Origin: Trichosphaerium sp. ATCC 40318
Taxonomy: Eukaryota; Protista; Tubulinea
Assembly: GCA_038496445.1 (NCBI GenBank)
Contig: JALMLS010000075.1
Span: forward strand, 186,001 to 250,000
DNA: 64,000 bases
Reading direction: 5' to 3'
This document shows positions 1 through 14,400 of the stretch, in pieces. A program made the translations under genes and the position numbers. The notes under the pieces were generated by a model. It was not told the origin of the DNA. It made no database searches and saw only the letters and a list, made by a program, of their open reading frames with translations. Position 1 is the first letter of the stretch. Each line of letters starts with the position of its first letter.

Positions 1-2803
1 GTGTATCCAGAGATCCACCTAAGCATTCAACTTTCAGGAACTATTATTTCAAAAAAACTCATACCTGCCATGAAGTCCATTACTACAAGGTATGACATTG
101 TAGATTCGTTTTTACATACACCAAAAACCTGAATACGATATTAAATTAGTTGCGCAGAACTATAGAAGTTGTCTTGAGCGTACGCGAACTACGTTGTTAT
201 GAGGTCTCATTTCTACCATTAGTTTTACTTCAGCAATAAACTCGTCTACTCCGCTAACATCAGAACAGAACTTGACAGCAACATCATTAAATCGCCAAGT
301 GGCTTTCCGGACAATACCAAAACTACCTGGATCGAATAATTACAACTTTTGCTAACCAAGAAGAGACGCACCCGCTCCAAGCTTTTTGCCAAGTTGTAAC
401 TCAGAATAATCTAAGAACCAGTTTTTCGCAACCAGTGTTGATAGTGCCATAGGTCTACTAGGTTCTCTGGTAATCCCTGGTTCTTGAATTGTACCTCCTG
501 TTATGTGTGTTTCAACACGTGCATATTGATCATTGTCTAGATCTTCAGTGTGGGTTTCAACACTAGCTACTTTTCTTTCTTTAAGTTCTTCTGAGCTGCT
601 ACTTTCTTTTGCGTCCATTGTTTTGTATCTAGACGAATCCTTCTTCTGTGGCATTGTATTTTTATTCTACACACTAAATTAGAGGAGTCAAAGTTACTTT
701 GATAAAAATCATACGTGTTGCTTGAAGTACAGAAACAGTACTACTAAAAGAACGACCAACAAAATGAACACAAGCGCAATAACCAGTCCAATGATTATAT
801 ACAAAGAGCTATTATTACTTGGGGTTTCTTCTTGTGCAGGCGATTGTGGAGAACTTGTTGAAGTAGGTTGTATTGTAGTCGCTATTGTTGGAGAATCCGC
901 AGGTGGTGACTCACCTGGGTTTGCCGAAGCTTCTCCAGTATCTAATTTTGTTTAAGTCGTGCTTATGTTTTGTTGACACTTTCTGACGTACTATCGCACT
1001 CATTTAGCGTAACTCCTATGGCTAGGAATGTAGCTGCTCCATCAAATATTTCTTCGCACGTTGTTCTATAAAATTCGTCTATTGGTGGCTGCGTGACTAA
1101 GGCAGAATGTAAATTTAAGTGATATTTGTGTGTAGAGAAAAGTCTAAGTCTTTAGTTGTCTTACTGCCGTTTAGGTTGATTTGAAGAACGTAATCAGTTA
1201 TTTGACGTTTTAAAGCCCCAGTTCGAAAGATCACTCTTTCAAAGCTTGACTCTTGTTGGTCTGGAAATAATTTTGCTATCGCTGAAATAAGACTTGTAAC
1301 ATTTTCATCTGTAAATCCTGAAGTTGCTTCGAACGCTATGACAACTACAAATAAACATAAATACTAGCTTAAAGAAAAGTTGTAATCAAAGAAACAGTAT
1401 AATAAAGATGTAGGGAGCCACCAAAAAAGGTAACAATTAATCATAAAAGTATGATCATACTTGGAAAAGTTTCGCAGTCTGCCACAGCTGCAAGTGTCAA
1501 GTCATGATCTGTTTCAATGGTTAAGAAAGCTATTTCTTCAAGTTTGCTATTTGTGTCATCCACCACGTAGGAAGTGATCTGCGGTATAAATCAGTTCAAA
1601 ACGACTTAGCACAAATTCTCAATTAATTCTCAAAATAATTCCACTATTTCACGCACTGTCTTCTTGCTTGCGATATAAATGTAATCTACTGCGCTATGCT
1701 AAATTATCATGGTTATTTTGCATTCAATTATACAATATATGCTAACACTAACCGTCTCTGCAGTGATTGAAGTACAGTCTGTCAAGTCGGTAGAGAACGT
1801 TATGTTTTTTGTGATATCGCGTAAGAAATCACCATTGGGTCCTGTGAGGCAAACATATATACTTCCACCAGCTTTACAATTAACTAAATAAGTTCATAGC
1901 ATCGAACAAAGTTACGCACTTTGTACAACAGCTCTAATCTGCAGGCCCTCGTCAGTAAAGTCTGCGTCGGTTATTGTGTTATCAAAGTTCCCATCTTTGT
2001 CAACGGAAATAGTGCGTGTTATATTCTCTGTGGCAAATATAAAACCAAGTCCTCCTTGTACTTCAGTATTGGTGATGAATCCTCTTACGTCTTCTTCAAC
2101 AATTATTGCCGTATTATCGCACTAATAACGCAACATGCGAGTTAGAGTTACTAAGTAATTGTAATTTTAGAACCTTGGGATCTTTGAAGTTGTTGCAGAG
2201 ATACCAATATTGTGTCCCTTCGCATATAAAATACGCTGCGGTTTCTTGTCTTCCAGTACCACTCAATGCTATGGGTTCGCTAGAAACAATAAACCAGTAC
2301 AAAACTAAGTCTGTTTTTGGAGAGAATTTAACGCACCACTGAGTTCTAACGCTACTAATATTATATTCATTACTAGGGAAACCAAACCCGCGTTGGGGAT
2401 TAGGGCCCTCCTCTAATTGATATTCTATACCATATATAGCGTTCATTGCCCATAATCGATCGTTAAAGCTACAAACGAATGAATCGATTTTAAATTATAT
2501 CACGTGACCAAAAAAAACCAAACTTACCCGCTAATATCCGCAATATGCGTAGTGAAACTTCTAAAGACCCTGTATGATGATAAAGCACCTTGTTTGTCCA
2601 AACTAATGGTATATATTTTTTGCTCTCCAGGTACTTCTGAATACGGGTTGGCTAATACCTTTTGTTATTTCGTAACGTTTTTGATAAACGAAAATAAATT
2701 TTACGATTGTTAACATTCTTCCGCTCTTCGTACCAAAATAAGCACATGGGTCACTTACGCAAAGTGATGTGAATATTAAACCATAAAATAGTAGGCAAAG
2801 CAT
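1..2803 (-). CDS. Single-pass receptor-like TKL protein kinase (3' end runs off window), multi-exon
   Basis: Signal peptide MLCLLFYGLIFTSLCVS from ATG 2803. TM segment SLYIIIGLVIALVFILLVVLLVVLFLYF at ~725-805. Kinase subdomains I-IV across GT-AG introns: WFLDYSELQLGKKLGAG / SFGIVRKATWRFNDVAVKF / EFIAEVKLMVEMRPHNNVV. Confidence 0.85.
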
Positions 2804-3024
2804 AATTCGATAACTACATGGTAACACGTAAAGCAGAGTTCACAATAACAGTCAACTTTTTTATTATCTGGAGGATAAAAAGAAAACTGTCGTTGATAAA
2901 ACTTGTATATCCCAGTGTGGTGCAAACAAGGAATGAGCTTCATTTTGATAGAAGCAAGGTTAAACCTTATACTAAGCGAGTTGACCTGAAATAAAGCTGT
3001 TTCAATTTTACTAATGTAACTTTA

Positions 3025-5224
3025 TTACGTAGTGACTAGCTCTATACTGCGACTTGATTTCGATAGATTGTTAGTAGTTATAGATCGATTGTTAGTAGTT
3101 ATAGGCATCTCCGTTATCTGTTTCGAAGACGTTCCACTTGGCTTTCTTCGAATAGCTGATATTTGTGTAATACTGACACATATGAGTGGCACCCAAAAAA
3201 TGAAAGTGCCGATCAAGTTTCCAATAGGGTAAAAAATAACGTTGAATGCAGCAAGAATAGAAGTCGTTGAGAATAAATAAGTGAATAATGAACTAGACAT
3301 GAGCTGGATAGTAATCTAAAGATAAGTAAGCACATGATTGGTGCAACTTTAAAAAAGTAAAAAGCGTTATCAGTAATGAACGCGTGAGAAGACACCACTA
3401 ACTGCTGGACTTGCAATGAGGAATACCGCCTTTGCAATAACTTAATGTTTAGTGCAGCTGGTGATTGTTTTATTTGAAGTTTTAAGAAAGAAGTGAGAAC
3501 GTACATTTCTGACAAGCCTCAGTCTCTTTGATTTGTTGCTGTTTTCTACTTTATTAAGTCTTTTCAAAACTAGCCATCCCATAACAAGCAAATAACTCGC
3601 TGCAGTAATACTAGCAAGAAATATTACTATTTCGAATATTAGCCTCAAGTCTCCAAACTGAGAAGTAGCTCCAATTATACCACCAGAAATCTCAAGCAAA
3701 ATAAAAATCGTAACAAGACTCACACAAGGTATAAAGAAACGTCTTGAGTTATTAGAGCTTGTTTCTTTCATTACTTTGACGTTTCTTAACATTTCATGCC
3801 TAAAAAAACTCATGTAAACTATAGTGATGTAGTGTAAAAGAGACTTTTTCTTGTACAAAAAAAAGTGATTGACAACTCCGATTTGCTGGGATGTACTCGC
3901 TAACAAGCAAAATCACGTGATTTTTGAGGCTAGCTCACTGTAATTAATCGCGTACCAGTAGAATGCAATGAGAACAGTAGTGGTCAAAGAGAGAGATATC
4001 ATCCCATACAAGAAAAAATCATGAATTGGAATCACGAAAATACGCCGTGAATAGAGAGGATCAATGATTACATAAATACCTCGTACTATGTCGAAAAGCA
4101 TTAAGCGCATGAGTTATTTAAGGCTTTACTACCTGTGTTTGCAACAACTTCAATGTAGAGGCAAGCCATTTGAATAGAGAATCGTAGTCCTTCAGGAGTT
4201 GTAGAAATTACATAAATTTTATGGCATGCCAAGTAAACAGTGAATAAAGCTAGGAATCCGACAATGATAGAGAATAGTGACTAACCTACGTATGTTACAT
4301 ATTAAAGATACTAATCAAGGTACACATTACGAAGCCTATTATTTTTATATTCCTCCATGGATTTGAGTCTAAGCAGGATGGTTAAAATAGACACAACTTC
4401 GATCAAAGTTACCATTTTTAAATAGAGTTACATTGAACTCCACAAAACTTCCGTTTGAAGTAGGTGTATTTATTTCGCCAAACATATCATCAAAATCATC
4501 ACCTGCTCCTTCTACAGTTATAATAGGTGACATGAAAGATGGTCCTTGCAGACGACTTAGTTTTATGTATTCTAACCCACCAGCCTCCTCTTAAAATTGT
4601 TAGTTTTGAAACTTTCATTAAGAGCTGAGGTACATACTTAGTAATGGAGATCTAACAACTACAGCGATAGCTCCTTTGTCATGAGCTTCCTGTATATTAT
4701 ATCCCCACTTGATATCAAACGCATTTACATAAACAATCTTTGAAGATATATTTGGGTGATTAAAACCAACCAATACTCCTAAACAGCATTGTTATTGAGA
4801 AACACATTTAATCGTTTAATAAATACACACGTGCAGTACACGCCGTGTAGGTATTTAAAAAAGACGAGGTTGGGCGCTTGCGAAGTTTGTGATGGCAAAA
4901 AAGTTTGTTGTCAGTTTGTTAATTTTTGAAGGCGTTTTTGACCAGCGAGCACGTGATTTTTTAAAAAAAGTAACTTTAATTACCGGATATACTATCGTTC
5001 AATTGCCATGCATCTTGAGATAACCATGAGATGTTTGGTGTGTTGAAGAAACCTATTTTAAACAAAAAAGGCGTTTTAACGAATGTAACCACGTGGTTAG
5101 GGTGTTTGTGCTTTGTGTTAACTTATTTAAAGGTCGTACGTTCTTTATCATCTTTTTCATGTAGTATTAGTCCTTTTGATACCATTATAAATACAACACA
5201 AATAAATGATCGTGTATAACGCAT
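3025..5224 (-). CDS. Secreted PA-domain + multi-pass (7TM-like) membrane protein, multi-exon
   Basis: ATG 5224 MRYTRSFICVVFIMVSKG (signal-like). PA-domain motif IQEAHDKGAIAVVV at ~4650-4700. Several hydrophobic helices in ORFs 3913-4110, 3442-3906 and 3025-3300, then a Ser/Thr-rich tail. Confidence 0.7.
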
Positions 5225-5289
5225 CACGCAGATAAAAATTACAAACTGGTCAATTATGTGAACTATGTCTTAAGGACAACTGAACCAGT

Positions 5290-7049
5290 TCAGAACACAA
5301 ATAAAAAGACTGGTCCATAATCAAACGGATTATGTATTACGCATTTGACCCATGATTCGACCCTTCTCGCTCTTGAGGTTGTCCATTCAGTAGAAGTAGC
5401 GAAGTAGAACCTAAACATGGTATTGCAAATGAAGAAGAGTTGTTTTTTTTCTGAAAAAAATGGAACAATAAAATGTAGACCACAAAAACGTTTATTGCAA
5501 ACAAAAACCGATTTAAAAAAAAACAAAGAAGAGTTGATTAAGGTTTATTTTTTGTTCTTGTTGATTTCATGGTGCTATTTACGTCACGTGACGAGTCAAT
5601 ATATTCTATCGGCTTCTTTGATAAAATCCACCAGAAACTGTTTCAAGACATGATGTAATGACCATCCTACTGCAGCTACTTCGTTTGTATCAATTGTTGT
5701 GCCTCTTCCAATTTTATTCAACATTTCTAAAAAAAAATTTATTAGTTCATGTATTCACGTGTGCATTGTAGGAAATAAAAACGAGGAAGAATACAAATCA
5801 AAAATGTCCCAGTAGGTTCGTTGAATCGTTCCAGTTGGATTTATTACCCGTCTTCTCGTTCTACTGATAAAAGAAGTTGAAAATGATCATTTGCGAAAGA
5901 CTTTTGGTCAGCAGTTTTGTTTTGTTCAATTGTAAATGAAGAACTAGTTGTGTGAACGTATAAATCGTACTGATGTGAATATATGTTGTTACTTTACTAT
6001 TAATGCATGTACTAAAGTATGTTTCATCGCTGTCGAGAGTTGCTCCAATGTCAAAAAATCCAGCAATCGGAGATCCTAAATTTTTTTTCCGATCAGTGAA
6101 GATTTGTCAGTCATTCCCTTACCTTCTGTGGTTTTATCCAGCTTTTTAAATTCTTCCTCTGACATATCATTGTACTTACTGGTAGAAAGTGTGTATTCTT
6201 TAATCTCATCTGGAGTCATTTCAGGTCTAAAACAAACTTGTAAACAAAAAAACAGCTATTTTGGATGCAAAAAGATTTCATCTTGCATACTTGTATACAC
6301 GCATTATGTAATACAAGTAACATAAAAGCATTGTTTAATGCTTAATATCTGTACCAAGAAGGGCAGTAGCAATACTAAGATCTCACTTACTCAGGTAAAA
6401 TTGTGACAAGCAAGAAAAACAAATAATTTAAAAAAAAAAGCCAAACACTGTACCCTTCAAGTACAAACAACAAACAGCTGTTAAGTGGAGAAGAATAATG
6501 CCTTGGTGGTGCTATTCTCACAATAAGCTCATTGCAAACATAAGCCATTGCCTTTGTAGAGGCTATTTTAAGAACAACGTTCACGTTTGTATTACGACCG
6601 TAACTTGTGCCTAAAAAGTAAGAAAATTAGTCTGCTGGTAGTTTTGTTTGACACGCACAATAAGCAGGTGTGCTTTCGTGTGTGATGTGACGGAGACCAT
6701 AGTAGCTGTTTTGCTCTCCTCCATCAGAGTAAACGGCCTCTAGAGGGATTTTTTCCTTTGTTGATGTTGCTATCAGAGTGAGCCCTATTTTCTACGTCCT
6801 TATAGTCGTACCAAAGAATTTACAGCTATTGTAGCAAAAACGTGGATCGTTGATAATAAAACGCCCTCCTGACATCGCTTTTATATTATCTGGGGTACAT
6901 CCATACTCGTTGAGCAATCTAAAACGCCATATAGTATCATCTCTACAAATGCCGCAGAAATATGTTGAAACCGATGCTGTAGCGGCCAATGAATGAGTGG
7001 GAAGATAGCCAACAACTTCAAATAGTAATTCAGTTGGAAGTGTGTCCAT
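5290..7049 (-). CDS. F-box protein, multi-exon
   Basis: MDTLPTELLFEVVGYLPTHSLAATASVSTYFCGICRDDTIWR is a canonical F-box. Downstream minus-strand exons with GT-AG introns continue to ~5290. Confidence 0.75.
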
Positions 7050-7249
7050 ACGTCCTACACAAGTGTGAAATTGTGCTAAGTTAGACCTTGGTTCAATGAA
7101 AAGAGGAGCGGCTTTTTTTATAACTTTTGTCAAACCAAAAACCGTCATAGACTGAATATAAGGTGCCTCAGAAGCAACCCAAAACGAGAATAAGAAAACC
7201 TGACAACAACTGTATTCTTAAAGTGCTTTTGAAAGTACCCTCGTCATTC

Positions 7250-8170
7250 AAACATGAATTTATTGGTTTTTAGCCATGCGCTTGACATTTGCATTCAGAC
7301 AATACCAACCTTAAATTTACTGGTTTATGACACTACTTTCATCCTGTCAACCAAGAACCATGTCTTCCTACTTGTTAAAATCTCACTGAATGAGTCACAA
7401 CACCACTGCTGGTTTTTTTTCTCCAGACAAAAAAAAAATAATGGTGGAGCTATCCTCAGCAAGCAGTTTTCTGTGGATCTTGACCAGATCTTTTTATTAT
7501 CTAATCCAGTTCTTTAACAATAGTAGGATGTCTACCAACAAGATCATTTAAATCTGATTTCGTGCACCCATTCTGAGGTATACAAAGTTAGTACAAAAGA
7601 TCTCGTATTTCCTTGTTATTTATTCTTACTTTATTCCTAGTGTAAATCCTTGAGTTACATCCATTTCCTGGTCTCTGGGCTTATAGCCCATTCAAGAGGT
7701 TTAAAAAAAGCATGATACACACCTAACATACGTTACAAAAAGTACAATAAGGGTATGTTTGTTTACCTCAATGTTGTCGCTTCACTAATGCCTGCACTAA
7801 ATATAAACGCTTACCACGAGTTTATTTGTTCCAAAAGGAAGTTCAGAAGTTGATTTGTTACAACTCTACTTAAGTAATTAAGCTTTCCTCATCGTCGAGA
7901 TAGAAAGATGTTTCGAAGCCTCACAGCTCCAGGGTGTCAAATGGGTACCCTAAGTACCTTAGCCATAAAGTGAGCACCAAGTGTAGATTCCATCATTTCT
8001 TTCTCAAGCGTGTAGTCACCATCAGCTAACGCTTCATCAAATTTAGAAGGATCACACTGCTGCCAATTCAAAACATAATCAAGAGCGACCTTAACTTCAT
8101 GATGACGCCATAGAAAACAAGTTGAAAAATCATGCGAGGATTAAACAATTGCAAGCAGCAATAAGGGCAT
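7250..8170 (-). pseudogene. Probable decayed protein-coding gene
   Basis: Reads MPLLLLAIV*SSHDFSTCFLWRHHEVKVALDYVLNWQQCDPSKFDEALADGDYTLEKEMMESTLGAHFMAK. Later exon-like pieces (GVYHAFFKPLEWAISPETRKWM*, NGCTKSDLNDLVGRHPTIVKELD*) carry in-frame stops but keep splice-like boundaries. Confidence 0.4.
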
Positions 8171-8348
8171 TTTGATCTCTTCACTAAAAAAATAGTTTTC
8201 TACTCTTGGAATCCGTTTGCCGTTCACAACAATCTATTGTTGTTTATTTATATTACAATAGTAGATTGGTTTAAGATAATAGTACAAAAAGGCGCTTTCA
8301 TTTATCTTTATGACCAGAAATACTATCATGGTCTTATAATGCACCATT

Positions 8349-11000
8349 CTACTTTGACACTTTGTTCAAAACAAAACTGTTTTGTGGAGTCAGAGGCATC
8401 TTTTGTTCCTTATTTCTAGTCTTATCAACTGGATTTAATCCAGAACTAGTACTCCGTCTTCTATCCCCTATAGTTGTACCTGAGAAACCAGAATGCCTGT
8501 TTGGGCTGCCACGTGTTTGAATGCCAAACAAAACCCGAACCGATTTTCTGAAGTTCCTAGACAACGACTGTATTAGGTTTTTTCCTTTCAATGTTTATGC
8601 GTACGGTTGTGCTAGCCATAGTGGAAAAAGAATAGTACCAGCGCCAAGAGTTAAAAGTATACCCATCACTGATACACCCAAGAAGAGTTTTACTTCCGTT
8701 TTTTCTTGTATAAAAGAACATTCCGCAAAAGGCTTTTGATATACACATTGTATGTACTCAATTGTAACTTTCTTCATCTGATCTGTGGCATATATATCTA
8801 TCCATGCTCTCATACCAAGTATTAACAGAAGAACAAGCCATAAAGTGATCAATACAGACAGCACTGCAACAGTAATCTGATTCGCTGTTTTTCCAAATTC
8901 TTTTCTTTGCATTTTAAGCTGAAGTAGGTTTTAGCACTTAGCAAAGACATAAGTCAAAAAGAACGTACTTTACAGCTTTCATATACAATATATCCAAAGC
9001 AAAGAGTTGTAACAAGTAATGCAGGGACGAGAGAACCTCCCAAAAAAACATACCAACTGTGTTTTCCCATGGCTAGGTTTTGGTTAAATCAAATAAAATC
9101 AGTAATTAAAGAACAGTGAATCACATACCAAGACATGAGAATTGTACTGAAATTATATCTCCAATAGCAAGGCTACTGCTTGTAGTTACCAAAGGATATA
9201 CCCATACCAAACAATAGCTAATCTACACATACTTAAGCAAAACTCTGAGAATATAATCATTTGATGCATACAATACGAAAGTAAAGCGGGAGTGTTTTTT
9301 GCTGAAGCGTTTTTTTATTCGTATGCATAGAATAAACAAGGGTGGCAGAATGAACTGCTAAGCAAATAAATAATTGAGTTATCATATACGTCATTATAAA
9401 CCCTACATAAAGGTGAGAAGAGTGTGAAAACTAAGAAAATTATTGGAACCTTCAAGTAAGCATGGCCAGTGTGTTCGACTTGTAGCTGCTCGTGCCCCAT
9501 TTTTACAATTAATCTTGTACTTAAACAAACTTACAATTAATCCAAGCATAGATCCCATCAAAGAGTCACCAATGTACACAATCCAGAAATGCGTCATGAA
9601 AGCAAAGTATCTACATTAAAAGAAATTACAACCAAAGAAAAAAATACGAAAACATCAAGCCACCCGGCTTGCCAAGGTGAATGAGTCTCCTTACATAAAG
9701 TACTCACGATTTGTTACTACATACTACCACCAATGAAAACAATTGGAATACAACGCCAATACTACACAGGACAATCGCCAAAGTATTCAAAGCATTCCAA
9801 ATATTGTCTTTGAAAAAAGGAGCAGGACATTTGTAGCAAGGCAAATCATTGCCTGAAGCTTCCAAATCACTAACAAGAGGTTCAGGGCATGGTCCCGATA
9901 AAGAAACATCTAAACAAAGTAAATACGATAGTACAAACAACTAAAAAAGAAAGAAAAAGAAAGAAAAAAAGATATACTGTATGTCGAGTTGTTGTTATCA
10001 CATAATGTGGTTACTAAGTCAGCACTATTACAATCTGGAGTAAGGCCTATAAGACCTAGTTCTTTTTCACATAGTCGTGAGAACTCTTCACACTCCTCTT
10101 TACAAGGTTTTATTGGTTCTACACATTTATAAGCTAGCAACAAAAGAAAAAAAAGTATAAATCAAATAAAGCTGGTCCCGCGCCCGCAACATTCCCAGAA
10201 TGTTACCAATACAAGCGATGTGGTTGTATGTACGTACCTGCCAAAACAGAGCATGGATTAAATGCAGCAAAGCATACGAATGGAACTCCAACTTGTACAC
10301 ATTCAGAAGATGCAAGAGAAATAAATGGTTCTAATCGTGATGGGTCCCTTTTCGTAGAAAGTTAAAAAAAAGGTTTACAACAAAAACTTAATTAGTTTTT
10401 GGTCGAAAAAACCTGCAGATCAAAATCTACACATGTAGACTTTGATCCACTTTTGTGTAGATTTTGATCCACCTACAAAATGGTGTGGTAAGTTTTTAGT
10501 AAACATGTTCAGTTTCACTCTTCTAGTGTCCGGAAAACGGGGTAATAAAAACTGAATTGCAAGTTTTCTGCCTTACTTAAGCTAAACGCTGAAAGAACCT
10601 TGGTATGGATATAGCAGAAAACTCTGCAAAGTTGTTATTTCCCACTGCTTAAAATTCTACAAGCGCTCTAATTGCTAGAATAGCACTCTATGCGCGTAGT
10701 AGTGGTGAAAAAACCTGCGAAATACACTCTCGCAAAAGTCGATCAAAACGTGTTGTATTGTATCGCTTTTCGCATAATTCTATCAGAAAACTACGCGTAC
10801 GTGTATAGTTCATCCATTGTATTGTTTTGGATAGATATTAGAGTCCCATTTTGTATAATGCTATCACATAGCCGCTCTCTACCACCGTAGTTGTGTATAT
10901 ACGCCTGACATTTTTCTTGAGACAAGGAAAGAGCGTCAAACGTCACTATAGTAGAAAATACACAAACAACAATGATTCGAAGGCCACAAGCGCGTATCAT
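8349..11000 (-). CDS. Frizzled/Smoothened-like GPCR (Cys-rich CRD + 7TM), multi-exon
   Basis: Signal peptide, then CRD cysteines (EKCQAY..LCDSII, ECVQVGVPFVCFAAFNPC, KPCKEECEEFSRLCEKEL..PDC, CPEPLV..CYKCPAPFF). TM helices at 9704-9790, 9315-9600 and 8595-8912. Cytoplasmic tail reached via a 48-nt intron. Same architecture as Dictyostelium Fsl proteins. Confidence 0.8.
10418..10469. repeat. 16-bp perfect inverted repeat plus an imperfect third copy, in the long first intron of the Frizzled-like gene
   Basis: GATCAAAATCTACACA (10418-10433) and TGTGTAGATTTTGATC (10454-10469), with TGTAGACTTTGATCCAC between them. Confidence 0.7.
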
Positions 11001-11404
11001 AGACGAACGCAGTTGTTTTAAACTCCTAATAAACTAAAAATAGCGAAATTCGGCAGAATTTGTTACACAGCTCGTTTTCACAACAAAAAGCATCAACACA
11101 TGCTATAGACAATGCATTGAATACTATATAGTTACGCGTACCTCATAACACTATTGGAATTGCGCAAGTGTACTATTAAACGAATATTTCCAAAGGACTT
11201 AATTAAGAAAAACCAAGTTTTTGACTCTACATGGCTTAAAACTCGAATACAGTCCATTCTACGACACAACCTGATTAATATAAGGACTAGATAATTCGCA
11301 ACTAGTTGCGTATCTGTTACAAACCACGTGGGAGGACGATCATACTTTTAAAAAGAAGTTGGAGGTTTTTTTATTTCTTGTTTTACAAATGTAATCAAAT
11401 CACT

Positions 11405-14400
11405 TTACAAAATCATTACTACGAGTAATGATAATAATAAGAAAGTGAATGATAAAAATTCAGAAGAGCTACATTCAGTTGTTGTTTTGTCAAATTTTAA
11501 ATAAAATCCTGATGTTCTACGCTCTCCTTTAGCAACCTAAAAAAAAAGTGAATACGAAGAAAAAAAAATAGAAAAAAAGCAAGCCACATCCACATCCAAC
11601 TGACACAATTCATGCTTCTGTCGAACACACACTTCAACATTAAGTGTTAAGCATTTGTTGCTTGTTGGAGGCTTGGTGGACAAAACAAAGGAGAGATTCA
11701 AACAAAAAGTGGTACCCTAATGCATTCAAAATCTGGCGATGTTTTAAGAGTCACTCCATTTGATCTACTATGGAAACAATTACCACTCACTATTCTCACT
11801 TCTGTGAAAATATCTGCATTCAAAGTGTTTGCAGTCATTTCTTTTACTATAACAACATCTTGTGCAGAAATACATCCTGAACAAAGTAATTAACAAAAAA
11901 ACAAACACAAAAATTAAAAAAAAAAGCTACAACTCTGAAGGTGTTGCTATAATAATCAATCATTAACATACCAGCATTAGAAGCAAGAATAATCTCTGCA
12001 GCCTCAGCAATCTCCAAAACAAAGTTTTCAAGTATAATATGCTCTAAACAATACGTTAAATTGAAACCATTGCATAAAAAAACTTACGATCAATAACAAT
12101 GTTTTCTGTTATGCTAATGGTTTCTCCATTACCAACATATTTATAAGCACCATTATAGGTACAAGTCCGCGTTTTTCCGGAGAGAAGATCTGGTGCAGAA
12201 GCAGGACAACTAAGACAAAATATTTAGCAAGCTAAGATAAACACTTGCAACACTGTGGTATTGTAAACTTACTTTTTAGCAGCTTCTGTTGGAGAGTTGT
12301 ACTCTGCGTCTTTAACAGTTAATCTTAATACACCATTCTCAATACGAGATTGTACGGTTGTTGTCTGTTTTGCAGAACCAACAGCAATGTAGTATGTCTG
12401 CAAAAAAAAAGTGTAAGCCAAATTGACAAACGAAAAGTCAAGTACATACATTGCCTGCAGTAACAGAATAACTGAGTTCGCTTCTCCTGCCACATAAAGT
12501 TTGTAAATCTCTGCCTAAACCGCTATCGCAAACAATAGAAGTTCCATTTGCAGGACAACCTTCATATACTGCCAGCTATCATTCGAATGTCAGTTGGATA
12601 AAAAAATTACAAAAAAAACTTACAATTGTTTCATCCTTGGCTCCAGATAAACAAGTATCCAATTGGATGTCCGCGTTTGCATCAGCAGTGTATTTATACC
12701 ATAAAACTCTTCCCATAGTACCACAAGAAGTAGTATTTTCTTCGCCATAAGCGCTAGTATGGCCACATCAATATTAAATTCAAACAACTTCAGTTTTTTT
12801 CTTCTTTTTGACGTACATTGTGTTTTCAAACGTGTACAAACCCACACCAGTAATTTCAGTAGCGTTATCGCATACTGTATTAGTTGGTGGCACGTATTTA
12901 TTTACAGCTAGTATAGACGAAGCTGTAATAAAACCACAACAGGCTGCGAATTGAATAACATATTCCTAACGCATTTAGTTTGTTTATTAAATTTAATAAA
13001 AACTATCCAAAAAAAAAGGGTACCTTAGATGCCTCCAAAGGTGCTACCAAGCGATTCTGACCACATCCAACTTGTATAAGATCACTTTGATTACAACTGA
13101 GAACATCTGCTCGCTCATATAGCTGAATCTATAATACTATCAGAAGAAGCGGTACATAGTACAGTCTAGCAAACCAAAAATCAATCAACGACATGCTTAC
13201 CGAGAAGTTTGGTATGGCGAAAATAAACTCAGCAGTTTCAGGAGCAGTGAATCTATACCATTCATCGTCGAATGTTGAACCTTGGCATGTTACATTACCA
13301 ACTTGTACAGATTGAGTAGCCCTAAAAAATCATTGATTGAGTTTTTAATACCAAATCACTTGCGAGCGTTAAGCGCTTACCCAGAATTGCTTATAAATCC
13401 ATACAGTCCGTCTATTTCACCTATATCTGTTGCCATTTCGCATTCATCATTGCTTGGTGCAGAAGCTGAAGAAAAGTTAAGAAAATTGGAACAAAAGGGT
13501 AATGGCTAAAAATCGTTTCAAATAAATAAAGACAGAACAGAATAGAATAAGCGTACGTGCGACAGGTACGTTAGAAGTAGGTACTGGATCCACAAGTTCT
13601 GATGCTTGTGGTAGTACGCTTGAACCATCATAAATCTCCACACAAGCATACGCCTGCCAGATACGTGTGAATTCAGCTATGACAAAAGTATGAGTACAAA
13701 GTAACATATTAGTAATCACGTACTGGCTGCTGTGTACTCTCCTAAAGAGTCAAAAAACTCACGAATCTGGATAGTAACACGGTTACTGGATACACCATAC
13801 TTTCCTGCTTTCCCCATAGATAAACGAGAGTTACTAAATCCACCAGGAATCAAGTGACAGTAGCCCATTATAGACCCTTCAAATAACTTAAAAAAAAAAC
13901 ACAGCGAAAAGCAAAAAAACGTACCACCATCTGAAGGTGCAGACACAGCTCCTGAATAGCAATTACTCTCTCCACTGAAACAATTATCAATTGGCCCATC
14001 TTGTACATTCCAAGCAGCTCCAAAAGTAACTTGATTCATACAATGCGTATGGATAGCTCCAAAGTTATGACCAAACTCATGAGCCAAGAAGCTCTAAAAA
14101 AATTATACAGTTAAACAACAATCAACAAAAAAATACGTCAAATACTCACAACGTCTTGGAACGCAAGTGTGCCTCCAACCATCTCTGTGATGCCAATATC
14201 TGCACGTGTATTGTTAAGTAAAAAACATACAAGTTAATAATCGAGTAGAGCCGTACTACTTCCAAGAGGTGCACAGACACCATTCAAGTTTGCAATACCA
14301 CCAGATCCAGAAGAAGTAAATAGATGATACAGGTCCACTGGCAAGTACTTTTTGTTTTCACTTTGTACGTACTCCTTTAGGAGTGCCAGGGTGTTATTTA

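Noticed and set aside
8349-8912. Apparent in-frame TAA (8595-8597) between TM7 and the tail of the Frizzled-like gene, suggesting read-through or a variant code
   Set aside because: A 48-nt GT-AG intron (GTACGC...CTAAT...TCTAG) removes it in frame; intact genes here end in TAA, TAG or TGA normally.
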